Source: Eledone cirrhosa
Taxonomy: Eukaryota
Length of the DNA: 64,000 nucleotides
Assembly (NCBI GenBank): GCA_964016885.1
Contig: CAXHJY010000301.1
Coordinates: 1 to 64,000, forward strand
Direction: 5' to 3'
Below the pieces are notes generated by a model that was not told the origin of the DNA, did no database searches, and saw nothing but the letters and a program-made list of their open reading frames with translations. The stretch's first letter is position 1, and each line of letters opens with the position of its first letter. A program made the position numbers and the translations under genes. Below are positions 29,010 through 44,137 of this stretch, in pieces.

Positions 29010-29047
29010 CCTTTACCGGTTTCGCAGTTCTTCTGCTTTTCAAAAGG
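29010..29047 (-). ncRNA. Type I hammerhead, U3-A8 core variant (family 3)
   Basis: CCUU UUGAAAA GCAG-aagaa-CUGC GAA AC-cg-GU A AAGG. Confidence 0.75.
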
Positions 29048-29560
29048 TGAGTTGAGATGGAGGGTCTGTGGTTTTTCTCACATCTGGTTGGTCTCTAAAT
29101 GTTACTTGTTTTATATGGAAAAACTGGCTCGAAAACCAAGTTTTTCGAGAAGTAATTTGATTGGTTTGTCAATAATTATAATAAATTTCGCGCCAGTTCG
29201 CGTTACAATAGTTCTTCAAATAAGAGAGGGGGGGGGGGTTGTCACAGGTTGTTTTTTCATATATGAGTGTTTGAATTTCTTTTTACTTGAAAAAATGAGG
29301 CTCACGAAGGCTTTTTTTTGGTTGGTTATAAATGAAATTTTCGCTGTCACGTGAACAAGTTTTCATTACATTTTTGCGCCCTTATTTGGAAAACTATTCT
29401 GTAGTCTATAGTGAATGTTATGACGATGGAGAGATAGTGGTCAAGGGAAAAGGGATTGGGAGAAATGTTCTGGTTCAGTGAATATGGCCAGCTGTCAGAG
29501 TTCAGGTGTCAGAGTTCAGATTTTCTATTGAGACTGAAGATATGTGTTTATTTGTGTGCT

Positions 29561-29599
<39 letters not shown>

Positions 29600-29849
29600 A
29601 TTGGAAGATGATTCTATTAGTAGAGATGGGGGAGGGAGTTGTGTGTGTGTGTATATGGGTGTTATGTGTGTGTGTGCGAGTATGTTAGATAGAGAGAATA
29701 TATATTTTTTGTGTGTGTGTATATATATATGTGTGTAGGAAAGTGGTTCTATTAGTAGAAATGGGGAGGGTGTTGTAGGTGTGGGGGTTTTTATGTGTGT
29801 GTATGGGTGTTATGTGTGTGGGAGTATGGTTAGCATGTTAAGATGAAGA

Positions 29850-29886
<37 letters not shown>

Positions 29887-30441
29887 GTGTGTGTATGTGT
29901 GTGTGTAGGAAAATGATTCCTTTAGTAGGAATATTTTTGAATGAACATATTTTCCTGACTTTTTCGTGTTTGCTGTTGTATTGCCAGTGCAAACGTATGT
30001 TTAAGGTTTATTTAGTTCGGGTTTTTATTTTCTAAAGTAGGTGTTATGTGTGTGTGTGTATGTCATATTGTGGTGTTGACATAATGTATATTAAACCTTA
30101 TTTAATGTTGGTCTATATTTTTGAATAAACATATTATATAAATATGTTTATTCAAAACATATTATAAACATATTATATAAATATATTATATAAATATGTT
30201 TATTCAAAAATATAGACCAACATTAAATAAGGTTTAATATACATTATGTCAACACCACAATATGACATACACACACACACATAACACCTACTTTAGAAAA
30301 TAAAAACCCGAACTAAATAAACCTTAAACATACGTTTGCACTGGCAATACAACAGCAAACACGAAAAAGTCAGGAAAATATGTTCATTCAAAAATATTCC
30401 TACTAAAGGAATCATTTTCCTACACACACACATACACACAC

Positions 30442-30478
<37 letters not shown>

Positions 30479-30730
30479 TCTTCATCTTAACATGCTAACC
30501 ATACTCCCACACACATAACACCCATACACACACATAAAAACCCCCACACCTACAACACCCTCCCCATTTCTACTAATAGAACCACTTTCCTACACACATA
30601 TATATATACACACACACAAAAAATATATATTCTCTCTATCTAACATACTCGCACACACACACACATAACACCCATATACACACACACACAACTCCCTCCC
30701 CCATCTCTACTAATAGAATCATCTTCCAAT

Positions 30731-30769
<39 letters not shown>

Positions 30770-31280
30770 AGCACACAAATAAACACATATCTTCAGTCTC
30801 AATAGAAAATCTGAACTCTGACACCTGAACTCTGACAGCTGGCCATATTCACTGAACCAGAACATTTCTCCCAATCCCTTTTCCCTTGACCACTATCTCT
30901 CCATCGTCATAACATTCACTATAGACTACAGAATAGTTTTCCAAATAAGGGCGCAAAAATGTAATGAAAACTTGTTCACGTGACAGCCAAATTTCATTTA
31001 TAACCAACCAAAAAAAAGCCTCCGTGAGCCTCATTTTTTCAAGTAAAAAGAAATTCAAACACTCATATATGAAAAAACAACCTGTGACAAACCCCCCCCC
31101 TCTCTTATTTGAAGAACTATTGTAACGCGAACTGGCGCGAAATTTATTATAATTATTGACAAACCAATCAAATTACTTCTCGAAAAACTTGGTTTTCGAG
31201 CCAGTTTTTCCATATAAAACAAGTAACATTTAGAGACCAACCAGATGTGAGAAAAACCACAGACCCTCCATCTCAACTCA

Positions 31281-31318
31281 CCTTTTGAAAAGCAGAAGAA
31301 CTGCGAAACCGGTAAAGG
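31281..31318 (+). ncRNA. Type I hammerhead, U3-A8 core variant (family 3, mirror copy)
   Basis: ccttttgaaaagcagaagaactgcgaaaccggtaaagg. Confidence 0.75.
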
Positions 31319-31393
31319 AATCAAATAAATATATATATTTTTAAAAAAATAAGACTTCAGTTGCATTTTCGATTTCATCCCTTTTTCTTTATA

Positions 31394-31441
<48 letters not shown>

Positions 31442-31507
31442 TATATATATATGTATGTATATATATATATGTATGTATGTATATATATGTATGTATGTAT
31501 ATATATG

Positions 31508-33948
31508 TCATCATCATCATCATCACCGTTTTACGTCCGTTCTTCCACGCTAGCATGGGTTAGACGGGTTGTCTTGTTGTGGGCAGTGTCTGGTCGGCTG
31601 ACCATGCCTTGCTCATACAGGAACTGATCTGGCTTGATTTCTACAGCTGGATGCCCTTCCTAACACCAACCTCATTTACAGTGAGTGCTGGGTGCTTTTT
31701 CGTGGCGCCTACACGTCCACTTTACAGTGTGGGCTGGGTGCTTTTTTGCCGTGGCACCTCCACGACCACCTTGCGGTGGGGGGGGGGGGGGGGGGGGCAT
31801 ATTGTTTATATGCTTCAGCATGTACCCATGGGAGGTCGGGTACCCTGTATTACTGCGTGACGCCCGAAGTCACGGTCGTGTGTCATTGACTTTGAGAGGT
31901 GTAGTTGGGTAAGGTCGGCTTTTATCACCTCATCCCAAGTCATCTTGGGTCTCCCCACTCCGCGGTTTCCATCAACTTCTAGTGCTCTGCACCTTTTTAT
32001 GCAGCTGTCATCCTTCATACGCATCACATGTCCATACCAGCGTAACCGCCTCTCCTGCACGCAGCATTTGATTCCTCTTATGCTCAGTCTCTCTCTCAAT
32101 TCCTTTATGCTTTGTCGTTCACGTATATTACTGTTACACATCCATCGGAGCATGCAGGCTTCGTTTCTCTCTAATCTACGTAAGTCTTCCACCTTCAGCG
32201 CCCAGGTCTCACTACCATGCAACATCGCTGTTCGGATACACGCATCATACAGTCTGCCTTTCATTCTGAGGGAGAAGCCTTTTGCAGCTAGCAGTGGTAG
32301 TAGTTCCCTAAACTTCTTCCATCCCGTTCTTACCCTAGTTATTGTACTTTCTGAGCACCCACCTCCGTTGCTAATTCGGTCACCTAGGTAGCAGAAGCTG
32401 TCTACTGTTTCTACAGGGCCCTCCCAGAGATTGGTGGTACTTGTTTCCTGTGGCTGTTTGCTTGCTGTTTCAGCACAGCTGCTGCATGTGAATCCTACAT
32501 TCTTAATTAAGCTTCCTGAGATCCCGCTACATCTCTTGTGTACCCATTGTTTGCATTTGGGGCAGAGAATGGAGTTCCTACCTACACCTTTCCTACATAC
32601 TGAGCAAGGCCATTTCCCTGAGGGGATCTGGGTTCTGTTTTCTCGTCTACTTATAAGGACCTTAGTCTTTGTCATGTTGACTTTGAGGCCCTTTCTCTCT
32701 AGTCCCTGCTTCCAGGTTTGGAATTTATTCTCTAGTTCTACCATAGATTCAGCTATGAGTGCGAGGTCATCAGTATACAGGAGTTCCCATGGGCATCCGG
32801 TCTTAAACTCCTCCGTTATTGCCTGCAGGACTATGATGAACAGGAGAGGGCTAAGAACAGAGCCCTGGTGGACCCCAACCTGTACGCTAAATTCCTCGCT
32901 ATACTCATTGCCAATCCTAACTTTGCTGACTGCTCCCCTATACATGGCTTGTACCGCTTTCACAAGCCATTCATCTACTCCTAGTTTTCTAAGAGCCCAC
33001 CAGATTACTGCACGTGGAACTCTGTCAAAGGCTTTCTCAAGGTCGACAAATGCCAAGTAGAGTGGCTTACTTTTAGCTAGGTACTTTTCCTGTAATTGCC
33101 TCACAAGGAAGAGGGCATCAGTGGTGCCTTTCCCTGGTACAAACCCAAATTGCATCTCGTCTATATTCACCCGGTCCCTAATCAGCTGTGCTATAACTCT
33201 TTCTGTTACTTTCATGACCTGGTCCATCAACTTTATACCTCTATAGTTTCCTCTATCTAGTGCATCGCCTTTACCTTTGTAGCAGTTGACAATGATGCTA
33301 CTGCACCAATCTTTTGGTATGGCCCCCTCTAGTATTACCTGGTTAACGATACGTGTGGTTATAGTGTGACCTACAGACCCAGATGCCTTCAGCATCTCGG
33401 CAGCTATACCCGATGGACCGGTTGCCTTCCCTATCTTCATATCTCTGATTGCCTTACTTACTACGCTGCCGCTGACTTGTACTGCTGGTCCCTCTATAGG
33501 GACTACGTGGGGTAGGGTCTCTTCTTCCCATGCATTCTCCTCATTTAGTAATCTATCATAATGACTCTTCCATGCATCTTTCTTCTCAGCACTTGTGAGG
33601 GCAAGCTCACCTTTATCATTCCGGATACACTTCTCTCCAATGACATCACAACTATCTCTGACACACTGCCTCGCAATCTTGAATACCTCCTGTTTCTGGT
33701 CCTCACGTTGTAAAACATGCTTGAATTTTCTATCCTCTGCTTCCCTCCTAGCTAAGTATATTTGTCGCCTAGCTTCCCTCTTGGTCTCTATGTAATGTAC
33801 CCTGCTCCCCCCGTTCTTCCATTCTTTCCATGCCTGTCTCTTGGCCTTGACTGCTTCATCTACCTTATTGTTCCACCACCAAGTCACTCTCCTCCTGCTT
33901 GAGGTCTTACTCCAGCCACAAACCTCATCCGTCGCCTCTAGTAAGTTA
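31508..33948 (-). mobile_element. RTE LINE family B, 5'-truncated, long open RT frame
   Basis: ORF 31815 to ~33948: [39 protein letters not shown] (YADD in the sister copy), [12 protein letters not shown]. Confidence 0.96.
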
Positions 33949-34122
33949 TGTATGTATGTATATATATATATGTATGTATATATATATATATATATGTATG
34001 TATATATATATATATATATGTATGTATATATATATATGTATGTATATATATATATATATGTATATATGTATATATTAGTGAAAAAGAACAAAGGAACTAT
34101 TATGACATTATAACAAGTTTAT

Positions 34123-34169
34123 TGCCAACAACCGTTTCGTCCGACCACATGGTGGGACTTATCAAGGCA
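34123..34169 (-). ncRNA. Type I hammerhead, U3-A8 variant (family 4, GUU)
   Basis: UGCC UUGAUAA GUCC-caccaugugguc-GGAC GAA AC-gguu-GU U GGCA. Confidence 0.75.
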
Positions 34170-35008
34170 TATAACATGTGATTGTAAGATCATTGTTTAC
34201 ATCAACGTATCACTTAAGGCTAGCAGTTTGAAATTGTGGTATACATCAGCAACTCCGCTTGTATAGTTGGGGTCTATATTCTAAGGGGGCTCTTTTATAT
34301 TAGTTGTCGGGGTCAGGGATTGAAGTTTAAAAATTAGATAATATATAATTTACGCATTAACAGTAAACTAAAAGACTTAGGGTCCCGTAGAAGCACCTTA
34401 GAAAATCCCTCAATAAGTGCATAAAGCTTACAGGCTCCAATAAACCTACTAGACTAGAAGAAATTAAGAGGCTAATAAAATAAAAAATAAAAATATAAAG
34501 TTTCCCTAAAAAATATATAAAGTTTCCTATGAAATTCCTTCTAGAGAAAAAAAAATTTTTTTCCGAAAGAAAAAACCTTCCCCCGAGATCACGTTTACAA
34601 ATTTCAGAAAACTTACGAAGTTTTGATATTCCCTTCTAAGTTGAAAGAAACTAATCAATTACAGGTTAATTCAAAGAGCCTTCTATAATTCTGTCAGAAA
34701 AGGCCCCTTTAATATTTTCAATAGGAACTTCTTCCGAGAGACCCTTCGAAGAATTAAAATTTTAGAGAGCCTTTAAGGATATATATAAAAACGAATTGAG
34801 GAAAATTATACATTAAAAGTTAAAAATTACGGTTTTTGGGATATCCGAGGAATTTTCAAAGGGCTGCTTCAACAGATAAGCATTTGAAGCGAACGCGGAA
34901 TATTACAACAAGGCGCTAGCTGGGTCAAGGCACAAAGATAAACTCCATTATGTTGAGACAGGCGGCACCACCCCGCCACCCCAACCCAGCACTGTAATCA
35001 CGCACAAT

Positions 35009-36115
35009 ATGTCCATGGGAGTTGGAAGGAGAGCTAGAAAGACGAATAGGGACAATAGGAAGTTAGATAAGAACAACAACACTCGCAACGCAGACACGGA
35101 TAGGGCCCACACGCCTGGTAAGCGCTATGCCGCCCCGAGCAAGTCCAACAGTGAAAACGGGGGACAGAGGCCTAGGAGACTCGAGACCAACGCACATACC
35201 ATTGGGAGCACAGCAACCACACCTGGTAGAACCCGTAGTAATATAGACGAAGAGAGGGTAAGCAGCATAGGGGATAGGAAACTCAGTGGAAGGAATAGAA
35301 GACGTGATAGTACCTTCTTTAACCCGCCCTTCAACTCTAATGTTACTACAGACCTCCCCAAATCTTTTTTCTCTTTAATAGATAAGAACTTCCCCCCGGG
35401 TAGTAGGTACGGTAGTGTCATCAATAAGAATACTATGAAGCTATCGTACTCTACAACCCCTAATCTGGCCTCACACCTAGCTAAGACCAATAAGAGTAAG
35501 ATTAAAGAGGGACTTAAGGCCATCCGAAATAGTGAACCACGCCAGTACACACGACAACACAGGACCAACCCACTGAGTGAAAGACCCAGGGGGATAATAG
35601 GCAATAGAACCGGTCCCACTAGGCAGCCCCGCGGCCGCTTGGAGGGACATGCACCCCTGATTGAGGAGCATGACCCTACTAAAAAGTGTAATTGCAGAAG
35701 GAAGGACAAATGCCCACTAGCTGGACACTGCCTTATTAGGAACGTGGTATATGCTTGTAACGTAACCACAGGCACGTATACTAAGATGTATGTGGGATCA
35801 ACCGCTAACGAGTTCAAGACGAGGTTCAACGCCCACCAGCATAGCTTCCGATATGAGAAGCTTAAAAATACCACGTCGTTAGCGGGGCATATACATAGCT
35901 TAAAACAAACAAAAACCCCCTACACACTAAGCTGGAAATGCCTTACTAAAGCTCCTCCATATAACTCGTTGAGCAGGTGTTGTAGCCTGTGCCTATCTGA
36001 ATCTCATGCCATAGTATTCTCAGGACTCAACTTGCTCAACAGGAGATCAGAAATCTTCTTGTCCTGCCCCCATACCATACTTAGCTCTTTCTTTTTCTTC
36101 AGACCAGACACATAG
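35009..36115 (+). CDS. PLE ORF C-terminus: RT thumb remnant, CxCx5Cx5C linker, GIY-YIG endonuclease
   Basis: FNPPF..LIDKNFP..KLSYS; CNCRRKDKCPLAGHC; VVY..YVGST..FKTRFNAH; CSLCLSE..LNRRSE..CPH. Homology extends upstream to ~34890 (YYNKAL), so the Met is not a true start. Confidence 0.85.
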   Translation: MSMGVGRRARKTNRDNRKLDKNNNTRNADTDRAHTPGKRYAAPSKSNSENGGQRPRRLETNAHTIGSTATTPGRTRSNIDEERVSSIGDRKLSGRNRRRDSTFFNPPFNSNVTTDLPKSFFSLIDKNFPPGSRYGSVINKNTMKLSYSTTPNLASHLAKTNKSKIKEGLKAIRNSEPRQYTRQHRTNPLSERPRGIIGNRTGPTRQPRGRLEGHAPLIEEHDPTKKCNCRRKDKCPLAGHCLIRNVVYACNVTTGTYTKMYVGSTANEFKTRFNAHQHSFRYEKLKNTTSLAGHIHSLKQTKTPYTLSWKCLTKAPPYNSLSRCCSLCLSESHAIVFSGLNLLNRRSEIFLSCPHTILSSFFFFRPDT

Positions 36116-37639
36116 CCCTGACACCACCCAGTCCTGCACTTGGCGGCCCCGCTGGCGAACAGGGTGCTCTTTAGTAACCCCGGCCGTATGGATGCCTCGG
36201 CTCCCCGATTGGCGATGGGGACTCTGGTGAGGAACAGACGACCCTGTGTCCCACTTGCCAACCTGGGATTGGTGGCAACATTGTTGCTGGGTACCCTGGG
36301 GGCAGCTGATGCCTGGGATGTAGGACAATGTGAGTGCCTGGAACCACGTTGACTAATCTGTGAAGGTGCCATCGGAGATGTATGTCAACAAACTCGAGAA
36401 CATGCCCAGGGAAACAGTAACAAAACACCCAATATGGCGGCCACTCATCCCCCACCCCCTCCCTTAGTAAACCCCCGCCCAAATAGATGCCCCTCCCCAT
36501 TCTTTTGAGTTGGTTCTTTATTATCAGTGATTAGTTCTTTACTAATAGGAATTTCTTGTATTTCACCACAGTCGACTTAATGGGCTTGGAGAGTTGATTC
36601 CCTTGAAGTCTGACCACTCGATAAGTTAGGGGTTGTGCCCCTTGAACAGGGGTGTGTATGGCTGGTCTGCCTGCTGTCTGCTACTACCCGAGACTGGACA
36701 CGGTCGTAGCCACAGGCCAGCGCGTGCGCGATAGCATAGAATGTATATTTTCTGCTAGTCACTCCGTGTAATACGATACCCTAAGATTCCATGCTTGAGA
36801 TTCACCGAAGCATGCGCAGTCTTAACCGGGAGATGACATGTGAACTTGAAAATACCACAAGCGAGACCCTCTGGATAACGTAGACGCCGGACCATACCCG
36901 CAAATATATACCCTGATCTGTCTTGAATATACAGGGCTGACGGAATATGGATGACACGACCACCATCTAAGCTGGGACCGACCCATACAGCAAACAAAGA
37001 GGGGACAGCCCTTCGCTTTTGACCAGTCGCGTGTGGGCTTGGAGTTCGTAATATACCACCCCAGTCAAATCCACACTGGTTTTTTTAACAATATAGCATG
37101 TAGACCAATACATCCTACGTAGCGAGACCTTGGACTTGGAACCGGCAGGCTGGTCTATCGTGAAAGCGTACAACCCCTGAAACTAAAAGATCGAACGGAC
37201 CACATCCAGCAACCACTGGCTATTAGATCCACAGGTACATCTCCCAGAGAGTCCACGCAGCTGACAGTGAATCCCAGTTGATCCATGAACTTTTAAACAA
37301 GACCAGCTGTGCCTGGAGCTATGCAGATGACTACATACGCATAATGGATATCGTGCCTGGAGCTATGCAGATGACTACATACGCATAATGGATATCGCGC
37401 CCACACGGTCACCAGTACTGTTCATTCCTGTTGTATGTATGTAAATATCCGTGCGCGGGATATCCCTGAGTACATTTTCTTGACCATCAATTGTTAATCG
37501 ATTGTTTGTTAATTAGGCAGGAATATACCATTGTGTCTGTGCTAATCCTATGTGTTGCTGTGTATGTGTAAAGTATCCGAGCGCGGGATATCCCTGAGCT
37601 AATTTTGCCTGACTGTTAATAGTGTTTTGATTACTTGTT

Positions 37640-38077
37640 AATTAGGCAGGAATATATATTATTATGTCTTTGTTAATCCTGTATCAATAATTTTATAATA
37701 ATTTTTTGTGATAATACATTGTTAGATTACTGAAGCTACCTTATACCTTAACTAGGCAGGAATATATATTATTATGTCTTTGTTAATCCTGTATCAATAA
37801 TTTTATAATATTTTTTTGTGATAATACATTGTTAGATTACTGAAGCTACCTTATACCTTAACTAGGCAGGAATATATATTATTATGCCTTTGTTAATCCT
37901 GTATCAATAATTTTATAATAATTTTTTGTGATAATACATTGTTAGATTACTGAAGCTACCTTATACCTTAACTAGGCAGGAATATATATTATTATGCCTT
38001 TGTTAATCCTGTATCAATAATTTTATAATAATTTTTTGTGATAATACATTGTTAGATTACTGAAGCTACCTTATACA
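37640..38077. repeat. 110-bp tandem repeat x4 in the PLE 3' region
   Basis: aggcaggaat anchors at 37644, 37754, 37864 and 37974. Confidence 0.93.
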
Positions 38078-38944
38078 TTCTTAAAAATACATTTTATAAT
38101 TATTGTCTTTTTACTTATGTATTTTCTTATTTACCACTTTCTTTAATCTTGCCCAACTTGATAAACTCCTTGAATTGCTCCCTAATTAAATTACTTAAAT
38201 TACTTAAATTATTGTATCTATTATGCCTAAGTTGTATCTGTTGAAGCAGCTCTTTGAAAATTCCTCGGATTTCCCAAATACCGTAATTTTTAACTTTTAA
38301 TGTATAATTTTCCTCAATTCGTTTTTATATATATCCTTAAAGGCTCTCTAAAATTTTAATTCTTCGAAGGGTCTCTCGGAAGAAGTTCCTATTGAAAATA
38401 TTAAAGGGGCCTTTTCTGACAGAATTATAGAAGGCTCTTTGAATTAACCTGTAATTGATTAGTTTCTTTCAACTTAGAAGGGAATATCAAAACTTCGTAA
38501 GTTTTCTGAAATTTGTAAACGTGATCTCGGGGGAAGGTTTTTTTCTTTTGGAAAAAAATTTTTTTTTCTCTAGAAGGAATTTCATAGGAAACTTTATATA
38601 TTTTTTAGGGAAACTTTATATTTTTATTTTTTATTTTATTAGCCTCTTAATTTCTTCTAGTCTAGTAGGTTTATTGGAGCCTGTAGGCTTTATGCACTTA
38701 TTGAGGGATTTTCTAAGGTGCTTCTACGGGACCCCAAGTCTTTTAGTTTACTGTTAATGCGTAAATTATATATTATCTAATTTTTAAACTTCAATCCCTG
38801 ACCCCGACAACTAATATAAAAGAGCCCCCTTAGAATATAGACCCCAACTATACAAGCGGAGTTGCTGATGTATAACACAATTTCAAACTGCTAGCCTTAA
38901 GTGATACGTTGATGTAAACAATGATCTTACAATCACATGTTATA

Positions 38945-38991
38945 TGCCTTGATAAGTCCCGCCATGTGGTCGGACGAAACGGCTGTCGGCA
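38945..38991 (+). ncRNA. Type I hammerhead, U3-A8 variant (family 4, GUC)
   Basis: UGCC UUGAUAA GUCC-cgccaugugguc-GGAC GAA AC-ggcu-GU C GGCA; predicted cut after 38987. Confidence 0.8.
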
Positions 38992-39148
38992 ATAAACTTG
39001 TTATAATGTCATAATAGTTCCTTTGTTCTTTTTCACTAATATTTCTGCTCTGCTTACACGCATAGAGCTTAACTAGCTACCGTTACATATTTGGTAGGTC
39101 AGACGTGATCATCACGATTCACATACGACCTAGCATACATCTTACTTA

Positions 39149-41295
<2,147 letters not shown>

Positions 41296-41734
41296 TCATC
41301 ATCATCATCATCATCAACGTTTAACGTCCGTGTTCCACGCTTGCATGGGTTTGGACGGGGGTAGTCCCACTTGAGGCAAGAGTGATTGTCTTGCTCGCAT
41401 AGGACTGTCTGGCAGGTTTTCTACAGTTGGATGCCCTTCCTAACACCAACCACATTTACAGTGTGGGTCTGGGAGGTTTTTACCGTGTTGCCTACACGGC
41501 CACATTACAGCGTGGACTGTGTGTTTTTTTTGTCGTGACACCTACACGATCTCATTTGTTTCGGCCTCGATGGCGCGGCACCAACATAACTTTACATAGA
41601 ACGGGGTGGTGTGGATCGGGTGGGGGTGGTGGGACGGGGTGTATTTGTTAGAGATGCCTACTGGCTGGAGTAGGTTTTACTATATATTTAGGTAAGGCGG
41701 GTCTTCTCTGTTACTGAGTACCGCCAAAGGTCTC
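41296..41734 (-). mobile_element. RTE LINE family A, short 3' fragment
   Basis: Near-identical 3' UTR to the copies at 19004, 24651 and 52087. Confidence 0.92.
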
Positions 41735-41947
41735 ATTTATATATATATACAGTATGTATATATATTAAATGTATGTATATATATATAAATGTATGTATAT
41801 ATATATATATAAATGTATGTATATATATATATAAATGTATGTATGTATATATATATATAAATGTATGTATGTATATATATATATAAATGTATGTATGTAT
41901 ATATATATATAAATGTATGTATGTATATATATATATATAAATGTATG

Positions 41948-41988
<41 letters not shown>

Positions 41989-42189
41989 TTAGTTATACTA
42001 TTTATGGTTATGTAAACACAAAACCTTAAGCAGTTGTAAGTATTTTACACACACCCTAAATAGTGGTAGGCAGTAATGTATTACTACCTTATTACCAGTA
42101 AGTTAAGTAGCTCAATGTAAAAACATCAGATGATTTACAGAGCAGTTATATGAAATATAAGAATCAAAGAACTGTTCAAAACATTATTG

Positions 42190-42236
42190 TGCTTACAGCT
42201 GTTTCCTCCAAACCGAGGTTTGGATTCTTCGGAGCA
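42190..42236 (-). ncRNA. Type I hammerhead, C4 variant (family 5)
   Basis: UGCU CCGAAGA aUCCAAAC-cucg-GUUUGGAg GAA AC-agcu-GU A AGCA. Confidence 0.7.
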
Positions 42237-44137
42237 ATTTATTAATGCATGGACAGTTATATGACCTCCTTTTCAGCCGAGAGACATACCAATACATATT
42301 CAAACATTGATACATATTCAAACATTGTGGGTCGACATTCATTACAGAATTTAGAGTGGCAGTACACACTTCGAGATTACATTTATATTAATAGGTACAA
42401 TCAAAAATCAAAGATATAGGTTAAAGTACAACATGAAGATAAGTGGTTATATAGTGCAAATGTTATATGTGTGGCGCGCATGTGCGTCTTGTTTATATAG
42501 TGTGGCAGAGAGATATGTGTGGTAGAGGCACTTAGGTAGGTAAATAAGAGTGTTTGGTTGGTAGATCTGGTGGCAAAGTCTTTATATGATTGATGTAGTC
42601 TGTGTGTGGAGAAATATTATAAGCATTAAAGATAGTGTAAGCATTAAAAGTGTTATAAGTATTGGAGATGCACAGCGCAGGGATGTCAAGTAATTCATGT
42701 ACTTCGGCATTTTCATGGTCAAGGGAGTGTATATTTCGATTATATGCCTTTCACATAATCCACGACAATCCAGTTAGAGATCGTAGTCTGGTGTTCTTTA
42801 GTTCGATACAGGAGGTTGTTACGTTTCGAGAAACGCCATTGAATACCGGAAGTGTGTGTGTGGCTAAGGGGAGTTAATGCATGCGGGGAGGTAACTCTGG
42901 GGTTTCCATATCTAGCCATTAAAATGTGTCCCAATATAGACCCTAAATTCTATGGTGAGGTGCACCTTCCAAGAGAGACTTTTAAAGCATAAAGTGTACT
43001 AACTAAAGAGTGGTTTAACTAAATTATGCTGAAGGTGATCATATTATTATTAAGGTGGATTAACCCATCATAAGGTGCTACAAATGGAAATTATAGATGA
43101 TGAGCGAGGATTCTAAATTAATGCTCTCTGTGGTTGTAGTCTGCTCATATGGCCAGGCGCGGTGATTGCAGGATTGCTTCAGGACCCAATGATCTCTGGT
43201 AAGATCTGGGTCATCACTTGCTACATTGGATGTCGAAAGATAATCGTCCCCAGGCAGGCCAAAGGTCAATCCGCAGTCCTCGCGACCCCTCTCTGACCGT
43301 CAGATCATCCATATACGTACAACCCGCACGGCAGTTGCATTGCATTCACTCACTGCGCTCTGCAGCCGGGTCCTACTGGTCAACAGCGCTACTCGATTAA
43401 ATCATTTTACATCTGTCTAAGGAAGGTGTTTCCTCTGCCCAACACCATCCAACCGATCAATTCATGCTCAAATTACCCTTAGAGCGGTGTAGTGCCGTCC
43501 AAGTGGGTGGATGTTGTCACACCTGCCGTAGAGGTATAAATGGGTATTTTCCCTGCGAAGGGTTCCAGAGGGATGTCGTTGTTTGTGTTATAATGGATCA
43601 GCTAGTGTTGGGTATGTAGTATAGGGTGTGTCTCTGGTGTTTGATGCTAGATGTGGTGTTGGGTTCCAGTCCGACATTGCTATATATAGGGCTTAAAGTT
43701 TTGGAAGGAATGTCTGAGGCGGTGCTGGCAAGTTGCAAACACCTCAGATTTTTTGTTAAGAAGGTTACGGTTGGAGAAGATAATATTGTGTGTCTCTAGT
43801 ATACAGAGGTTACAGAATTTATTAGGTGGTTTGTACGAGGTCGCGCTGCCTATCACTTCCCATTTGAGTGTGTATGGTTTATTTTTAGATTTTAGATAGT
43901 GTATGTAGCTAGAAAGTGAGGTGGAGTTGGCTAGGCTGTGCTTTTTGAACGAGTGGATGTGCGAGTTATATCTGATTTTGAAGCAGTTAGAAGTGGAGCC
44001 TACATAGGTTTCTGAAGAGTTATTAGTCGTGACTGTGCATGAGTATATGACATCCTTGGTTAGGCATTTTTTATCTAAAGGGCAGGTTCTATTAGCTCTA
44101 CACCCAAAATCCTATATCCACCACACAGACTTCCGCA

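Larger units (their letters stand above)
28872..31393. mobile_element. Non-coding fold-back element: ~1.2-kb inverted arms with hammerheads, probable PLE derivative
   Basis: Arms 28935-30135 and 30193-31393 (mirror ORFs 29810-29992 / 30336-30518); unique tail 28872-28934. Confidence 0.85.
34072..39148 (+). mobile_element. Penelope-like element (5'-truncated) with inverted pseudo-LTR
   Basis: Inverted repeats 34072-34878 / 38235-39042, each carrying a hammerhead; GIY-YIG ORF remnant; unique tail 39043-39148. Confidence 0.88.

Noticed and set aside
28899-31378. ORFs in the palindrome arms (151 aa and 107 aa)
   Set aside because: No recognisable domain, they overlap the ribozyme, and the frame is not preserved between arms.
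34072-39042. DNA transposon with long TIRs
   Set aside because: No transposase; the GIY-YIG ORF, hammerheads and one-sided tail fit a Penelope-like element.
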